From: an uncultured Candidatus Saccharibacteria bacterium
GTDB lineage: Bacteria; Patescibacteriota; Saccharimonadia; Saccharimonadales; Saccharimonadaceae
Reading direction: 5' to 3'
NCBI GenBank assembly: GCA_964578645.1
Contig: CAZODR010000003.1
Location: 13,951 to 77,950 of the forward strand
Length of the DNA stretch: 64,000 nucleotides
In this document: positions 44,494 to 53,421 of the stretch, piece by piece
Numbering within the stretch: the stretch's first letter is position 1
Layout of the letters: each line of letters begins with the position of its first letter
Made by a program: the position numbers and the translations under genes
The notes under the pieces: model-generated
The model's database searches: none
Told to the model about the DNA's origin: nothing
What the model saw: only the letters and a program-made list of their open reading frames with translations

Positions 44494-44716
44494 GCTTTCA
44501 TTATATCACAGTCGCCCCTCCTGCGCTGGATTTTCCGCCCGATTCCTCTAAACCAGCCCCTCATGCTTACCACTAAAATCCGAAAATTTCCCAAAATTTA
44601 CTTTTTACGCTTAATCCAAAATTCCCCTAAGCTTTGCCTTTTTCCGCTTAATCCGAAAATTTCCCCCTAAAATCGTAAACATTTTCGCCAAAACTCGCCA
44701 AAATCTGCTAAAACTA

Positions 44717-44745
44717 TTGACAAATATAGATATGTGTGCTACAAT
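44717..44745 (+). promoter_or_regulatory. Consensus promoter (module family) for 44844 gene
   Basis: CTATTGACA-17-TACAAT with TGTG, followed by the GGAAGTATAAGGCAATTTATAATTGTCTTATAGTGT hairpin. Confidence 0.7.
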
Positions 44746-44843
44746 GGAAGTATAAGGCAATTTATAATTGTCTTATAGTGTAAAAAACAAGATCTTGTGT
44801 TTAGCGAGATCTCATTCTGCAAAAAAGAAAAGGGGGAATTAAT

Positions 44844-45437
44844 ATGCAGAATATAATATTATATCTGGCCTTAGGCCTGTTAGCTATTGCAGCCCTTTGC
44901 ATTGTCGCATATGTTGTCATAAACTGTGCGGCATCCGTCGTTAATGACCGTGAAGCCTTAAAGGACTTCATCGCAGACATTGCGACTGAGACAATTGCGG
45001 TTGCAGGTTTCTTTAGCCTCGAAGGCGAGAAGCTTTATGAAACTTTTGCGGAACCCGATAAGGATCCGCATGTCTGTGTCATTGACCAAAAGAAGCTCCT
45101 CAGCTTGGGAGGTAAGGTCCGCTTTATGGTTTATAACCATATTGATGGAGGGAGCTTCACCGAGGAAGAGACAAAGCTCTTTGCTGAGCTGGAGCTCTCT
45201 CAGGCGGTAGTAATCAGCAATTGCGACAAGAAAGTTTATTTCTTGGAGCCGCTAAATGCTGGTTGGGGCCTACCCGGAGATATCTCCGACGCTTTTGAGA
45301 TGGCTGAGGAAGAGATTTACTCCTCCCAGGATGAAGGCAAGCTGACAGACAGCGAGAGAAGCCATAAAATCATGGAGCTCGTGGCTCAAGATATGCACTA
45401 TCGATATATAGTGAAAAATCTTGACACCATGATATAG
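44844..45437 (+). CDS. Hypothetical N-terminally TM-anchored protein
   Basis: RBS AAAGGGGGAATTAAT. A terminator GCGCACCCATCCTGCGGTGCGCGCTTTTTGTTTT lies downstream. Confidence 0.7.
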   Translation: MQNIILYLALGLLAIAALCIVAYVVINCAASVVNDREALKDFIADIATETIAVAGFFSLEGEKLYETFAEPDKDPHVCVIDQKKLLSLGGKVRFMVYNHIDGGSFTEEETKLFAELELSQAVVISNCDKKVYFLEPLNAGWGLPGDISDAFEMAEEEIYSSQDEGKLTDSERSHKIMELVAQDMHYRYIVKNLDTMI

Positions 45438-45563
45438 TTCCGGACATTGCACCTTATTAATTTGCGGCGCACCCATCCTGCGGTGCGCGCTTTTTGTTTT
45501 GTTATTATAAATTCGACGACCGCCTCCCTGTAAAAAGTCCCGCATTCGCGGGACTTCCGGCTT

Positions 45564-45836
45564 TTAGCGCACTTCGACGCGTACGCGCGGCACGCTTTTG
45601 CCCGAAAAATGGCACTTTTTCGTCTTCACGAAAGTCACAACCCCGTCTTTTGCCGCATGGATCGTGAAATTCCGGCTCATATACGTCCCCGGACCGGCAA
45701 TTTTCGTCGCTCCGGTCTGGCGCACGAGCACCTCGCCATTGCGCACTTTCTGCCCACCGAAACGCTTTACGCCAAGCCTCTGCCCAGCATTATTATGGAT
45801 ATTCTTAGCGGTACCGCCAGCTTTGACATGTGACAT
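45564..45836 (-). CDS. rpmA: Ribosomal protein L27
   Basis: AGQRLGVKRFGGQKV..G.VLVRQTG matches the L27 signature. Confidence 0.9.
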   Translation of the reverse strand: MSHVKAGGTAKNIHNNAGQRLGVKRFGGQKVRNGEVLVRQTGATKIAGPGTYMSRNFTIHAAKDGVVTFVKTKKCHFSGKSVPRVRVEVR

Positions 45837-45837
45837 C

Positions 45838-47043
45838 TTATTTCTTCCTTAAAACTATTATTTCTCGAGCCACCACCTGTCCATCACGATAATATAACAG
45901 GTCTCGCGGACTCAAATTCTTAAAACTCCTTACATTATAGCCCAGTTCATCTATTTCGTCAAGCAAATTTAGGCTCTCATATTTTCCATCCGGCCTCAGC
46001 CAAGCCGGCACTGCGATTGCGACCGGAGTTTCCGGCTGGATCTGCGCGCTGAGATTGCGCAAAAACCCGCGCAAAATCGCCCCACACTCCAGTTTTTCGG
46101 TCTTTAGTGCCATTTCGCTCGGCGCCGCCGACATTGGTTTACCGAGGTAACCTTCGCCTGCCACCGCATCGATCGGCGGATTCCAGATGAAATGCTGTGC
46201 ATCTCCCGGCTCAATCACGGCTTTTTCCAATAATGTTGTAAATTTTACAACATTTTCGCCTCTAAACCGGTCATTTTTGGCCTCTAACTCGCTCTCTGCG
46301 CGGTCTTTCGGAAAAACCTTGGTCATATAGCGCTTTTGTTTCTTCAGCCACTCTAAATTGCGCTCTGAGTATTGCACCATGCGCTCGCTCAGGTCGGTCC
46401 CATAGGGAACATAGCCTGCCAGCGCCGCCTCTTGCAAGACCACCCCTGTTCCGCAAAATGGATCTAAAAGCCTCGCCCCTGTCTTCAAATTTCCGCACAA
46501 ATTGATCAAAATCTGAGCCAACTTCGGCGGCAACATTCCGACTTTTGCATCCCGCGCCGGCCGTTCGCGGTCACGCTGGACATATTCATCAATATCCTGC
46601 ACCCCAATGACACGGTAATATCCCGCTCGCGTCTTTATCAGCTCAAGCTTATTTTCATGAAATAAATGATTATGGTAACTCGTAGCGCTCGAAAGTACGG
46701 CAGTTTTGTTCGGCACGACGCGCACGCTATAACCCAGCTTTTTCAGTATCCGCTTCAGCTTTAAAGCTTCGCGGTTCGCCGTTTCGGCCGAGGATTTCGG
46801 AGTGAAATCGGATATGCCGAGCGTAATTTTCTTATCCTTGGGCAATTTTTTCAGGTAGTCGACGATTGGCTCCGAAATTTCCTCGGCGATTTTTTGACAT
46901 CCGCCGAGACGGCGGATGTGGGGGCGCCAACCGTTTTCGAATTTGGCTAAGGTCGAGCCAACCGGCTCGACCGCCGTGAATAGCGATTCCAGCTCGGCGA
47001 GCGAAAGTTTCGGTTGGCGCCCCAAAACAGCAAGATATTTCAT
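45838..47043 (-). CDS. SAM-dependent RNA methyltransferase with N-terminal THUMP-like region (Trm11/RlmL-like, tentative)
   Basis: LDPFCGTGVVLQEAALAGY (motif I) and IWNPPI (NPPY-type motif IV). Start moved to MKYLAVLG, 9 nt after TATAAT. Confidence 0.8.
   Translation of the reverse strand: MKYLAVLGRQPKLSLAELESLFTAVEPVGSTLAKFENGWRPHIRRLGGCQKIAEEISEPIVDYLKKLPKDKKITLGISDFTPKSSAETANREALKLKRILKKLGYSVRVVPNKTAVLSSATSYHNHLFHENKLELIKTRAGYYRVIGVQDIDEYVQRDRERPARDAKVGMLPPKLAQILINLCGNLKTGARLLDPFCGTGVVLQEAALAGYVPYGTDLSERMVQYSERNLEWLKKQKRYMTKVFPKDRAESELEAKNDRFRGENVVKFTTLLEKAVIEPGDAQHFIWNPPIDAVAGEGYLGKPMSAAPSEMALKTEKLECGAILRGFLRNLSAQIQPETPVAIAVPAWLRPDGKYESLNLLDEIDELGYNVRSFKNLSPRDLLYYRDGQVVAREIIVLRKK
46232..46254. 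repeat. Perfect 23-nt palindrome AATGTTGTAAA-T-TTTACAACATT inside the methyltransferase CDS
   Basis: Same element as 24840..24862; here it is translated in frame (ENVVKFTTLLE). Confidence 0.9.
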
Positions 47044-47084
47044 ATTGTCACGATTATAGCGCAAAATATGCTATAATACAAATC

Positions 47085-48182
47085 ATGACTAAACCAAAAT
47101 CGGATAAAAAATTCAAAATTTCTTTTCGATTTATCCTCACAATTTTGACTTTTGCGCTAATTATCTATGTTGTTTGGAAAAATTTCGCCGAAATTCAGCA
47201 GGCTTTTGGCGAAATCGCCAAAATGAATGGCCTCGGAAAGTTTATTCTGCTTTTGCTCATTCCGGAGCAACTTTTCATGTATTATTGCTGCGGCCAGATT
47301 TTCTTCTCCTATATGGCGTCGAAAAAGTCCGCTAAGCGGGTCTCTGCCGGAAACCTGATGCGGATTTCCCTTGAGCTTAATTTCGTCAACCATGCCGTGC
47401 CGGCCGGCGGGCTCGGCGGACTGGGCTATATCGCTTGGCGATTAAAACCGTTTGGCGCGACCGCCGGCCAGTCCAGCTTCATGTACGTCTTGCGCTATGT
47501 GATTACCATCTGTGCCAACCAGCTCCAAACCATTATCGCTATTCTCGCGCTCCTCATCTTCGGCGGTGTTCCGGCCGCTGCCAGCTGGGTGATTTGGGTG
47601 ACCGCCTTGCTTAGCTTCGGTATTCTCGGGGCGATTATGCTCGTGATTGTCATCGCCAGTAGCCAAAAGCGCATTGATTGGTGCGTCGACCATGCGACGG
47701 TGTTTTGTAATTGGCTGGTCAAGAAAATCACTTTCGGTCATGTCGCAGAGTTCCTAGATCGCAAAGTTGTCAGCCAATATTTGAACGATATCCATGACGA
47801 CCTCATTACTGCGCGTCGCCATAAGCGCACCCTGATTCGGCCTATTCTCTGGGGAATATTATATAGTTTTCTCGAGGTTGCGACTTATTGGATCGTTGCC
47901 ATGAGTCTCGGTCGCCCGGAAATTCTGCCCCAAATCATGATTGGCGAAGCGATTGGCTCGGTCTTGGGCTCGATTATTCCTTACGGTCTCTATGAGCTCG
48001 GGATGGCGGGAATTATGATTAGCCTCGGCGTGCCCTTTGGCGATGCGACTACGATTGTCTTGATTACGCGCGTCATTGTGCTCCTCAGCACGATTATTAG
48101 TGGTTATGGTTTTTATCAGAACGCCATTTCCAAGATTGGTAAAAAGGAGCGGGCTGAGATTATGAAAGAAACGGAGAATTAG
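47085..48182 (+). CDS. Multi-pass membrane protein (UPF0104 / lysyl-PG-synthase-TM-like, tentative)
   Basis: 365 aa with about 8 TM helices. TATAAT lies 7 nt before the ATG. Confidence 0.7.
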   Translation: MTKPKSDKKFKISFRFILTILTFALIIYVVWKNFAEIQQAFGEIAKMNGLGKFILLLLIPEQLFMYYCCGQIFFSYMASKKSAKRVSAGNLMRISLELNFVNHAVPAGGLGGLGYIAWRLKPFGATAGQSSFMYVLRYVITICANQLQTIIAILALLIFGGVPAAASWVIWVTALLSFGILGAIMLVIVIASSQKRIDWCVDHATVFCNWLVKKITFGHVAEFLDRKVVSQYLNDIHDDLITARRHKRTLIRPILWGILYSFLEVATYWIVAMSLGRPEILPQIMIGEAIGSVLGSIIPYGLYELGMAGIMISLGVPFGDATTIVLITRVIVLLSTIISGYGFYQNAISKIGKKERAEIMKETEN

Positions 48183-49342
48183 TGTTCGAAGGCTTTGACG
48201 GTTGGTTGCGTGTGAAAGACGATTCAGGTTCAGCGGACCAGCCGCGACCTTATTCCGTGAGTGAATTTCTCGATCATTGTAATATGATCTTGGACCGGGA
48301 ATTTGCGGATGTTTATGTCGAGGGGGAAGTCGCTAGTTTTAAGGTCAATCAGGGAAAATGGGTTTTCTTCGATCTGAAGGAGGAAGATCTCAGTTTGGGC
48401 TGCTTTTTGCCTTTGTCGCTGCTTAGAGTGGCGCTCGAAGATGGAATGAAAATTCGGATTTTGGCGACACCAAAACTCACTCGCTGGGGTAAATTTTCGC
48501 TCACGGTGAAGAAAATCGTTCCAGTTGGCGAAGGCAGCATTAAGAAAAGTTTTGAACTTTTGAAGCGTAAGTTGACCGCCGAAGGACTTTTCGATCCAGC
48601 GAAAAAGCGCGCTTTGCCGAGCGATTTGGAGGCTATTGGCGTCATCTCTTCGACCGCCGCGGCTGGCTATCATGATTTTTTGAAAATTCTCGAGAATCGT
48701 TGGGGCGGGCTCAAGGTCTATACGATCAACACGCAGGTCCAAGGTATGTCGGCGCCCGACCAGATTGTTCGGGCGCTCGATGCTTTTAACCAGGCCGGCA
48801 AGGTCGGCGTGATTGCAATTCTGCGTGGCGGCGGTAGCGCGAACGATTTAGCTGTGTTTAACGATGAATATCTCGTTCGCGCTATCGCCGCCAGCCGCAT
48901 TCCGGTCTTGACGGGTATTGGGCACGAAGTTGACGAAAGCCTCGCCGACCTTGCCGCCGACCGGCGCGCTTCGACGCCTTCGAACGCCGCTGAGATTTTG
49001 GTGCCCGATCGTCGCGCGGTTGCGGCGCAAGTTTCGCGTCTTTGTCGCCAAATGCAGCGTGCCTTCCTCGACCAAATTTCCGAGCGCGCGACACGTTGCG
49101 AAAGCCAGCTGGTCGAAGCGCGCCGGGAACTTACCCATCGCCTAGACGGCAGCTTGCAGCTCGTTCGCGAGCTGCGGCGCTCACTGAGCTCATTCGATCC
49201 CGAGGCCGTGTTGCGCCGGGGCTACGCAATTATTCGTTCCGCTGGCGCGGAAGATGATTTTAGCCCCGGCGCCAAAATCACCATCGACACTTATACAAAA
49301 ACTTTAACTGCGGAGGTCACCCATGTCGAAACCCGATCTTAA
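48182..49342 (+). CDS. xseA: Exodeoxyribonuclease VII large subunit
   Basis: N-terminal OB fold (VYVEGEVASFK), catalytic core (GVISSTAAAGYHDF, RGGGS) and overlap with xseB. Confidence 0.9.
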   Translation: MFEGFDGWLRVKDDSGSADQPRPYSVSEFLDHCNMILDREFADVYVEGEVASFKVNQGKWVFFDLKEEDLSLGCFLPLSLLRVALEDGMKIRILATPKLTRWGKFSLTVKKIVPVGEGSIKKSFELLKRKLTAEGLFDPAKKRALPSDLEAIGVISSTAAAGYHDFLKILENRWGGLKVYTINTQVQGMSAPDQIVRALDAFNQAGKVGVIAILRGGGSANDLAVFNDEYLVRAIAASRIPVLTGIGHEVDESLADLAADRRASTPSNAAEILVPDRRAVAAQVSRLCRQMQRAFLDQISERATRCESQLVEARRELTHRLDGSLQLVRELRRSLSSFDPEAVLRRGYAIIRSAGAEDDFSPGAKITIDTYTKTLTAEVTHVETRS

Positions 49343-49556
49343 TTCCAAAATTACGCCAAAACCTACTCCATCGCTTGACGCTCGATTGAAAGAGCTTGAG
49401 GCTGCGACCGAATGGTTTTATAGCGATGAATTCACGCTCGATCAGGCTATCGCGCATTATAAATCCGCCATCAAACTCGCGGATGGCATTGAGCAGGACT
49501 TAGAAAAATTAAAAAATGAGGTTACGCTTTTGGCCGATTTTACTAAAGATAATTAA
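49323..49556 (+). CDS. xseB: Exodeoxyribonuclease VII small subunit
   Basis: 77-aa helical protein with the LEEL..W.. pattern. It overlaps the xseA stop by 20 nt. Confidence 0.85.
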   Translation: MSKPDLNSKITPKPTPSLDARLKELEAATEWFYSDEFTLDQAIAHYKSAIKLADGIEQDLEKLKNEVTLLADFTKDN

Positions 49557-49594
49557 GCTTTACAAAACATGATAACTTCGGGTATAATAAACAT

Positions 49595-50380
49595 ATGCTA
49601 AACAAATCTCAGCCCACTGGAAGCGTCGTTGGTCCTGCCCCGACCCAGCCTTTTGCCCCAGGCGCTGCTGGCACTACGCCTGGCGTCGCTGGCGCTGCGC
49701 CGCTCGGTACGACCCAAGCTTATCATGAACTGCGCCCCGATCGGCCTTCGCGCGGACGCATTATCGAAGCGATTGCTCTAGTTTTGGCGATCTTGGCCGC
49801 GATTGCTTTTGCCATCCTCTTCGTTTGGAAATATACCGAATGGGACAAAGTCCGGACTGATATTGATGGCCAAATCGATGCTGCCGTTGCTCGGGCTGTT
49901 TCCGAAAATACTACTCGTCTCGAAAATGAATTTCTTGAGCGCGAGAAAAGCCCGAATAAATCCTTCGCCGGCCCCGCCGATTACGGTAGTGTGACTTTCG
50001 AATATCCCAAAACTTGGAACGTTTATGTCGCGAAAGACGCAGCGAACGGCGGCAATTTTGAAGCCTATTTTAATCCTGGTGAGGTTCATGCCGTCGGTAG
50101 TGGCGCGGTCAACGCTCTGCGCTTTGTCATCCTCGACACTCCGTTCGAACAAGTTGTCGCCCCGTATCAAGCCCAGCTCGCCGGCGGCCAGCTCAGCATG
50201 GCGACGCGCAAAGTCGGCTCGACCTTCGCGAATGTTTATACGGGCATCGTCGGAGAAAACATCCATGGCATCATAGCCCTGTTTAAGGTCCGCGACAAAA
50301 CTGCCGCCTTCCAGACCGACGCCATGCTGTTTGCGAATGAATTTTATCAGATTCTCGACAGCATAAAATTCATCGAGTAA
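49595..50380 (+). CDS. Hypothetical TM-anchored extracytoplasmic protein
   Basis: P/A/G-rich N-terminus, one TM (IEAIALVLAILAAIAFAILFVW) and a 180-aa globular part. Leaderless-type promoter. Confidence 0.7.
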   Translation: MLNKSQPTGSVVGPAPTQPFAPGAAGTTPGVAGAAPLGTTQAYHELRPDRPSRGRIIEAIALVLAILAAIAFAILFVWKYTEWDKVRTDIDGQIDAAVARAVSENTTRLENEFLEREKSPNKSFAGPADYGSVTFEYPKTWNVYVAKDAANGGNFEAYFNPGEVHAVGSGAVNALRFVILDTPFEQVVAPYQAQLAGGQLSMATRKVGSTFANVYTGIVGENIHGIIALFKVRDKTAAFQTDAMLFANEFYQILDSIKFIE

Positions 50381-50426
50381 TCTCTAAGTTCGCTCTCGCA
50401 GCTGAGTTTCGTGTTATAATGATCAT

Positions 50427-51116
50427 ATGTCATTGGAGGTAAATAGCACGCTGATTGCTGCGCACGAGTTGAAAGCGCCACTCTGTGTCATTCGTCAGCT
50501 GACATTCGCGCTCGAGCTGGCGCGCGACGACGCTGAACGTTTGAAAATCGAGCAATCTTTGCGCCGTGCGACCGATGCGGCTTTGAAAAAAGTCACCGAC
50601 CTGACGCGCGTCGCGCGCCTCGAGGACGGCCTTTTCACTTCTGAACCAGTTAGCGTGCGCGGGCTTTGTGACGCGGTCCTGCGCGAGGTTTCCCCGCTTT
50701 TTCGCTCGGAAAATTGTATTCTCGAGGCCCGCTATTCTAACAAAGCCCGCCTGGTCTCCGCGAATCACGATTTATTGCACAGCGTGATTTATAATTTTTG
50801 CGTCAACGCCCTGCACTATTCGCAGTCTGGCCACGCCAGCCATCTCACGGTCTCCGACCGCCAGGGAAGTGTACGCATTGCCGTCCGCGATTATGGCCCA
50901 GCCCTGCCGACGTCCATCTGGCGAGAGCTACGATCCGGCGCCATTTCCCGCCCGACAAACATCGCCATGCGTCCCGGCAGTTCCGGGCTCGGACTTTATA
51001 TTTCCTCCCAGTTCGCTGCGCACATGCGCGCAAAGTTGGGTGCAGTTCGTCATCGCGATGGCACGAGTTTTTTCATCGATCTTCTGCCTTCACAACAATT
51101 ATCATTAGCATTTTGA
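50427..51116 (+). CDS. Minimal soluble histidine kinase (HisKA plus HATPase_c only)
   Basis: H-box AAHELKAPL, N-box NFCVNALHYS and G-box GSSGLGLYIS. No TM or sensor domain. Confidence 0.8.
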   Translation: MSLEVNSTLIAAHELKAPLCVIRQLTFALELARDDAERLKIEQSLRRATDAALKKVTDLTRVARLEDGLFTSEPVSVRGLCDAVLREVSPLFRSENCILEARYSNKARLVSANHDLLHSVIYNFCVNALHYSQSGHASHLTVSDRQGSVRIAVRDYGPALPTSIWRELRSGAISRPTNIAMRPGSSGLGLYISSQFAAHMRAKLGAVRHRDGTSFFIDLLPSQQLSLAF

Positions 51117-51126
51117 AAGGAGCATC

Positions 51127-51834
51127 ATGCCGCTAATTTATATCATCGAAGATGAACCGGTCATGGCCGATTGTTTGGCGCTCGCGGTTCGCCAATTCAC
51201 CTTGCCTGAGCCCAAAGTTGCTGCCAAAAACCGAGCTGGTTTGCCGGATTCTCAGGCTGATACTGAAGTTTTCCCTGAGGTGGAGATTTTCTATGACGCG
51301 CTCGCGCCCATGGCTGAGCTCTCGAACCGCCTTCCGGATGCAATTTTGCTCGACGTCATGCTGACCGGCCCCGACGGTTTCACTTTTCTCAACGAACTTT
51401 TATCCTACGAAGACACCGCGCGCATTCCGGTCGTGCTCATTTCCAGTCTCGACCTTTCGGGGCGCAACCTTGAGCATTATGGCGTCGTCCAATACCTCGA
51501 CAAAGCGACCATGACTCCCGAGGACATTAATGTCGCGTTGAGAAAAGCGCTCAGCACCGATTCCCCTCGGACTGTTGCTGGTGAAGCTAGCCAGCCATCG
51601 CCGACTGAAAATATTACTAGTGGACCTACGCAGGCCTCAGCTCAGCCGCTGTCTGGGCTCGCCGCGCTGAACGAAAAGATATCCGCGCTGAATGAAAAAA
51701 CGGCCGCGCAGAATGAAAAAGCCTCCGCGCTGGACCGAGAAACGGCCGTGCAGGACGAAAAAGCCTCCGCCCAAAATCCTGCCGCTTCGCCGGCTGAGGA
51801 GCGCGCGGCGAGCCCAGGGCGGTATGGGGCGTGA
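51127..51834 (+). CDS. Response-regulator receiver protein with no recognisable output domain and a heptad-repeat tail
   Basis: Receiver pattern (IYIIEDEP.., LLDVMLTGPDGF, VVLISS). The tail has 7-aa repeats (SALNEKT / AAQNEKA / SALDRET / AVQDEKA). Confidence 0.8.
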   Translation: MPLIYIIEDEPVMADCLALAVRQFTLPEPKVAAKNRAGLPDSQADTEVFPEVEIFYDALAPMAELSNRLPDAILLDVMLTGPDGFTFLNELLSYEDTARIPVVLISSLDLSGRNLEHYGVVQYLDKATMTPEDINVALRKALSTDSPRTVAGEASQPSPTENITSGPTQASAQPLSGLAALNEKISALNEKTAAQNEKASALDRETAVQDEKASAQNPAASPAEERAASPGRYGA

Positions 51835-52489
51835 TCTTCGGACTCGGGCCGTAGTTCTGCGCCGCACGAACTATGCCGAATGCGACCGAATCTTGAGCCT
51901 TCTCACTCCCGAAGGCAAAATTTCCGTCCTCGCCCACGGCGTCCGCAAAGAAAAGTCCCGTCTCGCCGGCAGCATCGAACTTTTCACTGTCGCCGATGTC
52001 GTCATCCATGAAGGCCGCGCCCGTCTCGCGACGCTGACCAGTGCGAAAATGTTGCGCTTTTTCAACAATTTGCTTGCCGATCTCGACGCGCTTGAGCTCG
52101 CTAGCCAGATTCTGCGCCAGCTCGACCGTGCCGCCGAGCAAGTTTCCAGCCCAGATTATTTTCGCTTGCTTTGCGAATCGCTCGACGGGCTGAACCGCGG
52201 CCTGAGCCACGACCTTGTCCATACCTGGTTTTTGTTTAATCTCGCCCGTATTGGCGGCGAAGAGTTTAATCTCATATATGATATAAATGGCGAGAAATTA
52301 TCCGAAAATATCCGCTATAACTGGGATTTTCAGGAAAAATCCCTGAAGCCTAATTCGTCTGGTGATATATCATCGCGAGAAATCAAACTCGCCCGTTGTT
52401 TGCTGACGAAATCTTTAGCGTTTTGCGGTCAGATTGAAAATTTCGACTCCTCGCTCGTCCCGCTTGCGAAAATCGCCCGCACCGATTAG
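51824..52489 (+). CDS. recO: DNA repair protein RecO
   Basis: RAVVLRRTNYAECDRILSLLTPEGKISVLAHGVRK. Start moved to ATG 51824, overlapping the regulator stop. Confidence 0.85.
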   Translation: MGRDLRTRAVVLRRTNYAECDRILSLLTPEGKISVLAHGVRKEKSRLAGSIELFTVADVVIHEGRARLATLTSAKMLRFFNNLLADLDALELASQILRQLDRAAEQVSSPDYFRLLCESLDGLNRGLSHDLVHTWFLFNLARIGGEEFNLIYDINGEKLSENIRYNWDFQEKSLKPNSSGDISSREIKLARCLLTKSLAFCGQIENFDSSLVPLAKIARTD

Positions 52490-52514
52490 CTGCTGGGAAT
52501 CCCGCGAAAAGCCC

Positions 52515-52544
52515 TTGACTTTTGCGACCGGGGGGGGGTATCAT
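52515..52544 (+). promoter_or_regulatory. Promoter with a G9 homopolymer in the spacer
   Basis: TTGACT (52515..52520), an 18-nt spacer ending in nine G (52530..52538), then TATCAT (52539..52544). Confidence 0.65.
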
Positions 52545-52579
52545 AGAAGTATAGTAATAAACATAAACAGGAAAATAAT

Positions 52580-53319
52580 ATGAAGAAGATGAGAAACAAA
52601 ATCGTCGCCACGACTTTGGCTGCGGCGGTGCTCGCGGCGGGATTCTGCTCATCTATACGCTGGGTAGTGCCGAAGGTCATATTACTGGCACGATCGACGA
52701 CTTCATTGCTAGAGATCTGAAGGTTCCGGATGCCTATAAAGACAAAACTTTCGGCGAGCTAATCGCTTATGGAAAGACTATTTCCGCTTATACTTCTGAC
52801 GCCGCGTTTAAGGAGGTCATCGATGACGACCAGGCGATTTATGATCGCGGTGTGAAATCTCTGCGCACCTATCTTCCCGTGGTCGATTCGACTTTGACCG
52901 GGCTGGATACGAAGACTGGCGACGAATTGCTCGCGCTTTATGATGCACTTCCGATTGTCAAGGATGGAAGCTACAAACCTCTGATTTCGGCGGCTAATTT
53001 TGCTGGTGGGCTTGTGCTGGCTTGCGAAGCTAATCCCGCTAATTGTAATAGCGACGAAGCGACAAACGCTTATGCTACGCTCGTGTCCGAAGCCACGAAA
53101 CTCAACAAAGATTTCACGGTCAACTTGTCCGGCCTGACGCCATTGCCCGAAGCTTCGGCTGCCGCGCCCGCCGCTCCTAATACCGGCTCGCTCAGCAAAG
53201 AACTTTCCAGCACGCTCGTCCAAGTCGCGCTCGGCCTAGTTGCCGGAATCGCGGGCGTCTCCGGCGCTGTCTATACCGCGAAGCGTTACCTCTTTAGCCC
53301 TCTGAAACGGCGCAAATAA
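52580..53319 (+). pseudogene. PNTG-sorted surface protein gene with interrupted frame (signal/TM part in one frame, body in another)
   Basis: ATG 52580 encodes MKKMRNKIVATTLAAAVLAAG.. and hits TGA at 52718. The frame of ORF 52852..53319 is open from 52579 but has no start there. One extra G at GGG 52639..52641 would fuse them. C-terminus is AAPNTGS, then TM, then KRYLFSPLKRRK. Confidence 0.6.
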
Positions 53320-53421
53320 CCGTCGGCTGGTAAAAGCACTGCCCAGGCGGTGCTTTTTCATGTTTTGCCTTCGCCCAGATCGGATTATTGACTATAATGA
53401 AGATAATGGTATTATATAAAT

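Noticed and set aside
44026-44670. A 214-aa plus-strand ORF, rich in R/P/I/Q.
   Set aside because: It is antisense to the N-terminal part of the PfkB-aldolase fusion and runs into its promoter region. The composition is typical of a shadow frame.
44520-44716. Repeated words (AAAATCCGAAAATTTCCC, CGCTTAATCC.AAAATT.CCCCTAA) lie upstream of the 44717 promoter and might be a CRISPR-like or tandem array.
   Set aside because: The repeats are short, imperfect and irregularly spaced with no unique spacers. Similar A/T-phased words occur upstream of other promoters (about 950..1040, 4680..4745, 30590..30660, 55500..55570). They look like curved or UP-element-type promoter-upstream DNA rather than an array.
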